This document shows positions 58,536-64,000 of a stretch of DNA of 64,000 bases, one piece after another; position 1 is the first letter of the stretch; every line of letters starts with the position of its first letter. A program made the translations under genes and the position numbers. This DNA comes from Candidatus Omnitrophota bacterium (GTDB taxonomy: Bacteria > Omnitrophota > Gorgyraeia > Duberdicusellales > 4484-171). The DNA is taken from contig JAHKAJ010000024.1 of the NCBI GenBank assembly GCA_018826075.1, positions 4,343 to 68,342 of the forward strand, read 5' to 3'. The notes under the pieces were generated by a model, which had not been told where the DNA came from, made no database searches, and saw only the letters and a program-made list of their open reading frames with translations.

Positions 58536-59116
58536 CCGAGTTATTATTAATTTTCATATCCACGCTTTTAATCAACAATTTTGTTCTTTCATATTTTTTG
58601 GGGATTTGCCCGTTTCTCGGTGTATCGGGAAAGATCGAATCAGCTATTGGGATGGGCTTGGCGGTTACTTTTGTGATGACTCTGGCCACTAGTATCAGCT
58701 GGCTGATCTACCATTTGATTTTGGTAAAGTTTAACCTGCTTTTTTTGCAATACGTTATTTTTATCCTGGTTATTGCATCTTTAGTCCAGATGGTTGAGAT
58801 GTTTATCCGTAAGTTTTCATCCGGGCTCTATCAGGCCTTGGGAATATATTTACCGTTGATCACTACTAATTGTGCGATCCTGGGCGCGGCCTTGTTTATG
58901 GTTTCCCGAAATTACTCATTTTTAGAATCAGTGGTTTTCGGATTTTCCGGAGGCTTGGGGTTTTCATTAGTGCTTTTAGTCATGGCTGGAATCCGTCAGG
59001 AATTAGAGGATGCTGATGTTCCTCGGGTATTTAAGGGAGTTCCTTTGACTTTGATTACCGCGGGATTATTGGCTTTGATCTTTATGGGCTTTTCCGGTTT
59101 ATTCAGCAGCATTTAA
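58532..59116 (+). CDS. rnfA: Rnf complex subunit A
   Basis: NNFVLSYFLGICPFLGVS matches RnfA. Confidence 0.85.
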   Translation: MTELLLIFISTLLINNFVLSYFLGICPFLGVSGKIESAIGMGLAVTFVMTLATSISWLIYHLILVKFNLLFLQYVIFILVIASLVQMVEMFIRKFSSGLYQALGIYLPLITTNCAILGAALFMVSRNYSFLESVVFGFSGGLGFSLVLLVMAGIRQELEDADVPRVFKGVPLTLITAGLLALIFMGFSGLFSSI

Positions 59117-59121
59117 TATCG

Positions 59122-59937
59122 ATGATTACTACGGCAATAATAACTTTAGGAGTGGCCGGTTTTATTTTTTCCTTAACTTTAGCTTTGTTGAGTAAACGGC
59201 TGAAGGTAGAGGAGGATCCTCGCGCATTAAAAGTCATAGAAATCCTTCCTGGCTTGAATTGCGGAGCCTGTGGTTTTTCCGGTTGCCGGGCTTTTGCTGA
59301 GGCGGTAGTAAGGGAAGGCCAGATTTTTAACGGCTGTCTGCCTGGCGGGGATGAGTTAAACCAGCAGATATCGGCAGTAATCGGCGTAACTGCCTGCTTA
59401 CAGTCAAAAAGCCAGGTAGTAGTCTGCCGTTGTGGAGCCGAAGCCAGTGAAAAAAAAGTGGCTACTGATTACCAGGGTCTTTTAACCTGCCGGGCGGCTC
59501 AAATAACCGGTGGAGCTTTAGATTGCCTTTACGGCTGTTTGGCCTTTGGTGATTGCTTGAAAGTTTGCCCGGTAAGCGCCTTGTCGCTGGAGAATAAAAA
59601 AATCCGTGTTGATTTTTCAAAATGTATTGCCTGCGGCAAATGTATCCAGGCTTGTCCGCGCAATCTTTTTGAATTGGTTCCTTGGTCCAAAGTAAATGAT
59701 CTTTATTGGGTTGCCTGCAATAATACCGAAAAAGCCCTGAAGGTAAAAAAAGTCTGCAGCCGTGGGTGTATTAGTTGTACAATTTGCGCTAAAGTCAGCG
59801 AATCGCCTTACTATATAAAAAATAACCTTTCTTATCTAGACTACACTAAGCTTAGTAGCGAAACACCTTTGGAAGCCGCAAAGACTAAATGCCCGACCAA
59901 GTGTATTTTTTCAGCTAAAAACCCAAAAGGCGCTTAA
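59122..59937 (+). CDS. rnfB: Rnf complex subunit B (polyferredoxin)
   Basis: N-terminal TM, CGACGFSGC, and several CxxCxxCxxxCP clusters. Confidence 0.85.
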   Translation: MITTAIITLGVAGFIFSLTLALLSKRLKVEEDPRALKVIEILPGLNCGACGFSGCRAFAEAVVREGQIFNGCLPGGDELNQQISAVIGVTACLQSKSQVVVCRCGAEASEKKVATDYQGLLTCRAAQITGGALDCLYGCLAFGDCLKVCPVSALSLENKKIRVDFSKCIACGKCIQACPRNLFELVPWSKVNDLYWVACNNTEKALKVKKVCSRGCISCTICAKVSESPYYIKNNLSYLDYTKLSSETPLEAAKTKCPTKCIFSAKNPKGA

Positions 59938-60335
59938 TGCCCAAGGAAATCTTAAAAGTAACCAAAGTTTTTGAGGGGAAAGTCAGCCTAAAAACTGACC
60001 GGTTGAAAATGTGCTCGTGTTGTTCGTTGTTTCATTTCTGCGGCAACCGTAAAGATGATTTCACGGTTGCCGACCAGGGAATAAGTTATAAACCCGGCGA
60101 TAAGGTCGAAGTCGAGATCAGCGAGGGAAAGATAGTTTCAGCCGGGCTGATTATTTTTCTATTGCCGGCAATGATTTTTCTCGTTAGCCTGGTAGGTTTT
60201 CGCCGTTTCGGCGAGCTTAGGAGTTTTTTACTTGCCTTGGGGGTAGTTTCTGTTTATTATATAACTGTAAAGCTAAGTTTAAGAAAATGGGGTAAGCGTT
60301 GGGAGTTAAAAGTTATAAAAAAATGCGAATCGTAA
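59937..60335 (+). CDS. RseC/MucC-family protein (SoxR-reducing system/Rnf-associated)
   Basis: 132 aa with an N-terminal Cys cluster (MCSCCSLFHFCG) and two C-terminal TM helices. It sits immediately after rnfB. Confidence 0.55.
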   Translation: MPKEILKVTKVFEGKVSLKTDRLKMCSCCSLFHFCGNRKDDFTVADQGISYKPGDKVEVEISEGKIVSAGLIIFLLPAMIFLVSLVGFRRFGELRSFLLALGVVSVYYITVKLSLRKWGKRWELKVIKKCES

Positions 60336-60931
60336 ATATTGCGGTATTAGCTTCAGGGAAGGGGAGTAATTTTGAGGCGATCGTCAATGCCCAGCGGCGC
60401 GGCCAGATCAGGGCTGAAATAAAGCTTTTGCTGGTTGATAAGGTCAAGGCTTTCGCCCGTCAGAAGGCCAAACGTTTGGGGGTCAGAGAAATATTTTTGA
60501 GCCCTAAGGATTATCCGACTTCTTTAGAGTTTGACCGGGCGGCAGTTAAAATTTTAAAAAGCGAAAAGATCGATCTTGTGGTCTTGGCCGGATACCTAAG
60601 GATTCTCTCGCCTTACTTTATTAAAAAATATAAAAACCGTATTTTAAATATTCATCCGGCGCTTTTGCCGAGTTTTAAAGGCATTGATTCTATCCAACGG
60701 GCATTTGAATATGGTTGTAAAATAACCGGAGTTACGGTTCATCTGGTCGATGAAAAAGTTGACCACGGGCCGATAATTTTACAGGAACCAGTTTGGATAA
60801 AGAAGGGGATGTCTCTAGAGCTTTTAGAGAAAAAAATTCATCATCTTGAACATAAACTTTATCCTTTGGCTATACGGCTTTTTATCCAAAAAAAGCTAAA
60901 AATCAAAGGAAGAAATGTTTCGACCATATAG
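60323..60931 (+). CDS. purN: Phosphoribosylglycinamide formyltransferase
   Basis: N-terminus MRIVNIAVLASGKGSNFEAI and the HPALLPSFKG formyltransferase motif. Confidence 0.8.
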   Translation: MRIVNIAVLASGKGSNFEAIVNAQRRGQIRAEIKLLLVDKVKAFARQKAKRLGVREIFLSPKDYPTSLEFDRAAVKILKSEKIDLVVLAGYLRILSPYFIKKYKNRILNIHPALLPSFKGIDSIQRAFEYGCKITGVTVHLVDEKVDHGPIILQEPVWIKKGMSLELLEKKIHHLEHKLYPLAIRLFIQKKLKIKGRNVSTI

Positions 60932-61352
60932 AATCATCTTTTTGTCCATTTTAGCTGTCGGTTTATTGGGAGCTGGAAAAACCGAGAACCTGGTCAAGGC
61001 TAGGGTGGATAAGGTTTCGGTTTCAACCGGTGAACCTTTACGCTACACTTTGGTTGTTGAAGGAGTTTTTGATGAGCCAAAGTTAAAACTTCCGGAATTC
61101 AAAGGATTTAAGATTATTTCTCAGGCTCAGTCAGAGAACTATTCTCATCTAAAAAGTGGCACAAGGCTTACTCTAAAGCTGGAATATGTTTTATATGCCG
61201 GAGAGCCAGGCGAGTTAATTATCGAGCCGGCAACTATTGAAGATAAAAAGAGTGAATATAAAAGTGATCCGATTTCTGTCCGCGTAAACGGCAAGCCTTT
61301 AAAAGAAAAGAAAAAAATCCTTCCCTTTTTGAGAAACAGCACCGACCTTTAA
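60915..61352 (+). CDS. Hypothetical secreted/membrane-anchored protein (BatD-like N-terminus)
   Basis: A signal/TM segment (IIFLSILAVGLLGAG) followed by a beta-rich domain. No motif recognised. Confidence 0.4.
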   Translation: MFRPYRIIFLSILAVGLLGAGKTENLVKARVDKVSVSTGEPLRYTLVVEGVFDEPKLKLPEFKGFKIISQAQSENYSHLKSGTRLTLKLEYVLYAGEPGELIIEPATIEDKKSEYKSDPISVRVNGKPLKEKKKILPFLRNSTDL

Positions 61353-61355
61353 AAA

Positions 61356-61519
61356 TGGGGACAGGTCCCGTTCAAATCAACCCAATAAAATCAAGCGTTA
61401 TTTGCTGGTTTTTACGAAAATCAAAAATATTCATAAAGAAAAGGGAATTTTTAAAAATTTTAAAAAATGACCAAAAAAGTATTGAAAACATTAGGTTAAT
61501 AAAGCGGGACCTGTCCCCA
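61356..61519. repeat. 164-bp element bounded by perfect 15-bp inverted repeats (TGGGGACAGGTCCCG … CGGGACCTGTCCCCA) in a convergent intergenic gap
   Basis: The arms at 61356-61370 and 61505-61519 are exact reverse complements. The 134-bp interior is AT-rich. The GGGACA..TCCC core resembles the 27057-27216 element. Confidence 0.55.
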
Positions 61520-61530
61520 AAAGTCAAAAG

Positions 61531-63579
61531 TCAAGGGATGTTGCGCAGGTTTTCTTCAGCTTTACGAGCGTTAAGGTAGTCTTTACGCTCGTAGAAGATA
61601 TTATGGGCTTTTAAGAAATTTTCTTTGGCTTTATCGTTTTGGCCCAAGGCATACCAGGCCCGTCCCAGCCCGAAATAGCTTTCAGCTAAACCGGGGTTAA
61701 GTTCTATGGATTTTTGAAAGTATTCCGCTGCTGCATTGTTTTTTCCCAAATTAGCATAATTTTCCCCTAAACGATAATAGATCCTAGAGTTAGTAGGAAA
61801 GGATTTTAAAGCTTTCTTAAGGTAACCTATAGCTTTTTTGTATTCCGAAGGTTTAGATTTAGCCAGACCCAATTCAGTATGAGCTAACGCTAGGTCAATA
61901 TAAATTTCGCTAGATTCGGGGCTTAGCTGAATAGCCTTTTTATATTCGTTAATCGCTAACTCATGTTGGCCTAAAAGCAGATAGGTGTGGGCTAATTCAA
62001 AATGAACCAGACCATAGTCAGGGTTAAGAGCCAAGGCTTTCTGAAGGTTTTTTATTGATTCATCGGAATTAGCCAACAAGCGGTAAGTTCTACCTAGCGA
62101 AAGATAAACCGGAAGATAATCAGGTTTTGAATCCTTGGCTTTATTTAGGTAGATAAGGGCTTTTTGGTATTGGCCAAGTTCAGTGTAGCTGTCGCCGAGA
62201 AGGCGGTAATTTTCGGGATCTTCAATTTTTTGCTCTATAGTCTGCTTAACCGCTTGCTCTAAATAGGCAGAAGCTTCTTTGAGATCGCCTAAACTAATAT
62301 GCACTAGACATAACTTTAAAGAAATTCCCGGATATTGCGGATAGAATAAAGCCGCATCTTCAAAATGATTCAAAGCTTCCTGGAATTTTCCCGATACCCG
62401 ATAAAATTCACCGAGGTTGAAGTGAAGGATCGGGTTGTGTGGATCTTTAATAGCAGCATCCTGCAGGATTAGGAGAGCTTGCTCTGGTTGATTAAGCAGA
62501 CTGTAGATTTCAGCTAGGAGAGTCTGAGCGTAAAGATAGCGCGGAAAAACTTCAAGGGCTTTTTTGCAAAATTCAGCAGCTTTTAGTAAGTTTTTTTGGT
62601 CCGTCCGTAAATCGTAGGCAAGAGCAGTGTAGAGGCTGGCTTGAGAAAGTTTTGATAAAGTATTAGTCTGTTCAGACTTGATGTCGGCAATTGAATCAGT
62701 CGGCATAAGGTCAGGATTGGAAGCGAAGGTAATAGTCCTGGTCTTGTCATTAAAGGTATCATTGATGACAACCCGAGGGATGTTTACGAAGGAGGAATAG
62801 ATGCCGATAACTTTCCGGGTTATTTCTTCGATTTTTTCTAGAGGTATCGATAAGTTTTCTTTGAATTTTTTGAATTTTATATTAAAGCCTATATTTAAAG
62901 TTCCAGAGGCATAACCCATAGTCAGATCGTTAAATTCGTAATCATCTTTATGCTCCGCGGATAAAAAAGTACGGATGATATTTTGTTGGATAAGCAAAAG
63001 TATAAATTCGGTCAAAGGGATGTCATATTTATGGATATAATTTCCTTCAATATCTTTTAGTATTTCACTGTCGATCGAAGGTATTTGAACAGTGACTACC
63101 CGTTCACTTAATTCTTTTGTGGAGACTGGGATTCCCAGAGCCCAGGATATTATTTGGAGCCTTATCTGATCTGGGATAAACACTAAGTCGTAAGAATCAA
63201 GCCTAAGGAGGTCAACCCCTCCGGTCCGTAAAATATCCGATTTAATAAAACAGTAAAATGTTGGGAGGCTTTCGATGTTCAGGAGAGCCCGGTTTATTGA
63301 TTCGGAGATTTTTCGGGTAGTTTCAAAAAGGTCTTCGTCGAGCCGGCCTTCTTTATTGACTTTTAGTTTTCCCTGCTCATTGAAAAGTTTTATTGGTGCA
63401 AAGACCCAGACTGTATCGCCGACTGCCCAAGCATTGATTTTAGTCTTAAAATCGGATTGAGCGATATTTTTTATCACTTTATCAATATCTTTACGGGAAT
63501 AGGTGGGGGGTGTTGAGCAGGATATAAAAATTAGCAAGCAGAGGCTAAAGATATTTTTCTTTAGGACGTTCTTTGCCAT
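61531..63579 (-). CDS. Large TPR-repeat lipoprotein/periplasmic protein (start uncertain: 63579 MAKNV… or 63621)
   Basis: N-terminal signal with lipobox-like LIFISC. The C-terminal ~330 aa are consecutive TPR motifs (…AxxYxxLGxxYxxxGxxxxAxxxxxKAL…). Confidence 0.65.
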   Translation of the reverse strand: MAKNVLKKNIFSLCLLIFISCSTPPTYSRKDIDKVIKNIAQSDFKTKINAWAVGDTVWVFAPIKLFNEQGKLKVNKEGRLDEDLFETTRKISESINRALLNIESLPTFYCFIKSDILRTGGVDLLRLDSYDLVFIPDQIRLQIISWALGIPVSTKELSERVVTVQIPSIDSEILKDIEGNYIHKYDIPLTEFILLLIQQNIIRTFLSAEHKDDYEFNDLTMGYASGTLNIGFNIKFKKFKENLSIPLEKIEEITRKVIGIYSSFVNIPRVVINDTFNDKTRTITFASNPDLMPTDSIADIKSEQTNTLSKLSQASLYTALAYDLRTDQKNLLKAAEFCKKALEVFPRYLYAQTLLAEIYSLLNQPEQALLILQDAAIKDPHNPILHFNLGEFYRVSGKFQEALNHFEDAALFYPQYPGISLKLCLVHISLGDLKEASAYLEQAVKQTIEQKIEDPENYRLLGDSYTELGQYQKALIYLNKAKDSKPDYLPVYLSLGRTYRLLANSDESIKNLQKALALNPDYGLVHFELAHTYLLLGQHELAINEYKKAIQLSPESSEIYIDLALAHTELGLAKSKPSEYKKAIGYLKKALKSFPTNSRIYYRLGENYANLGKNNAAAEYFQKSIELNPGLAESYFGLGRAWYALGQNDKAKENFLKAHNIFYERKDYLNARKAEENLRNIP

Positions 63580-64000
63580 GCTTTTTGAATATTTCGACGA
63601 TCTCGTCATATTCCAGCTCACCCTTAGTGACTAGCTGTTGTGAGAAATTATCGAGAAGCTCTTTTTCGCGAGTTAAAATTTCTTCGACTTCCTTAATACA
63701 GGTTTGCAATATGGTTTGTACGTCTCTTTCCATCCTTTGACGGGTTTCTTCGGAAAGCTGGTATCCCCCGAATAATTGTGAATCGCCATAACCAGACCGG
63801 ATCCCAGCAGTCAGAGCGTCGAAATTACCGAGGATGCCGCTGGGGCCCATACCGTAGTTAAAAACCATTCCATGAGCTAGGAGTAAAGCGCTTTGAAAAT
63901 CGCTGCTTACGCCGGAAGTGGTTGTTCCATAACGAATCTTTTCCGCAGCATAGCCTCCCAACGAACATTTTATATTAGCTAAAAACCATTCTTTGGTTTG
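63545..64000 (-). CDS. ftsH: ATP-dependent zinc metalloprotease FtsH, 3'-terminal part only (gene starts beyond window end)
   Basis: The translation matches the FtsH protease-domain C-terminus (…LGGYAAEKIRYGTTTSGVSSDFQSA…GMGP…). The open frame reaches position 64000. Confidence 0.7.
   Translation of the reverse strand, partial: QTKEWFLANIKCSLGGYAAEKIRYGTTTSGVSSDFQSALLLAHGMVFNYGMGPSGILGNFDALTAGIRSGYGDSQLFGGYQLSEETRQRMERDVQTILQTCIKEVEEILTREKELLDNFSQQLVTKGELEYDEIVEIFKKHGKERPKEKYL

Noticed and set aside
61355-61579. 74-aa ORF in the convergent intergenic region
   Set aside because: It lies within the IR-bounded AT-rich element. It has no RBS and a low-complexity translation, so it is more likely non-coding.

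Overview
This 64-kb window looks like a chromosomal region of an anaerobic bacterium. The evidence is an Rnf complex, a four-subunit pyruvate:ferredoxin oxidoreductase and several ferredoxins. It is densely coded and mostly on the + strand. It has two parts.

Part 1 (1..17170) is an atypical type IV pilus / type II secretion-like gene cluster. All annotations here are from motif-level reading of the translations, not from searches. It holds a 5'-truncated secretin with an unusual C-terminal array of ~65-aa repeats, a PilB/GspE ATPase, and two pilin genes that each have their own sigma70-like promoter. An ABC transporter (ATPase plus ABC-2 permease) and a hypothetical protein sit inside the cluster. 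Four minor-pilin-like genes follow: a GspH-like pseudopilin, a 460-aa glycine-rich pilin, a 514-aa pilin with two MopE-like C-x-DG-x-DNDG-D/N-G-x-IDY motifs, and a 749-aa PilX-N-terminal protein carrying ~14 tandem ~40-aa beta-propeller-type repeats. The cluster ends with PilC, a fused PilM-PilN and a PilO-like gene. The pilin-like proteins are strikingly rich in N-x-S/T sequons. This cluster is the best candidate for something novel.

Part 2 (17210..64000) is housekeeping:
- valS, nadC, uvrB, coaX, and groES-groEL preceded by a CIRCE operator
- a PAS/HD-GYP phosphodiesterase
- porCDAB plus a ferredoxin
- tmRNA, trxA, and tRNA-Met(CAT), tRNA-Val(CAC) and tRNA-Thr(CGT)
- yebC-ruvC-ruvA, with scpB where ruvB would normally be
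- metK-ahcY, pfkA, an aldolase, ilvD, and mreBCD-mrdA-rodA
- a radical-SAM/DUF2344-like pair
- a minus-strand polyamine operon (speH-like, carboxynorspermidine dehydrogenase and decarboxylase)
- an MFS transporter, rnfCDGEAB with an rseC-like gene, purN, a large TPR lipoprotein, and the 3' end of ftsH

Non-coding structure worth noting:
- three copies of a 29-31-bp GTAGG-type REP-like palindrome
- two MITE-like elements bounded by perfect inverted repeats (24 bp and 15 bp), both sharing a GGGACA..TCCC core with the groEL terminator
- a block of four consecutive hairpins inside the polyamine operon

No CRISPR array, phage, integrase or classical defence genes were seen.
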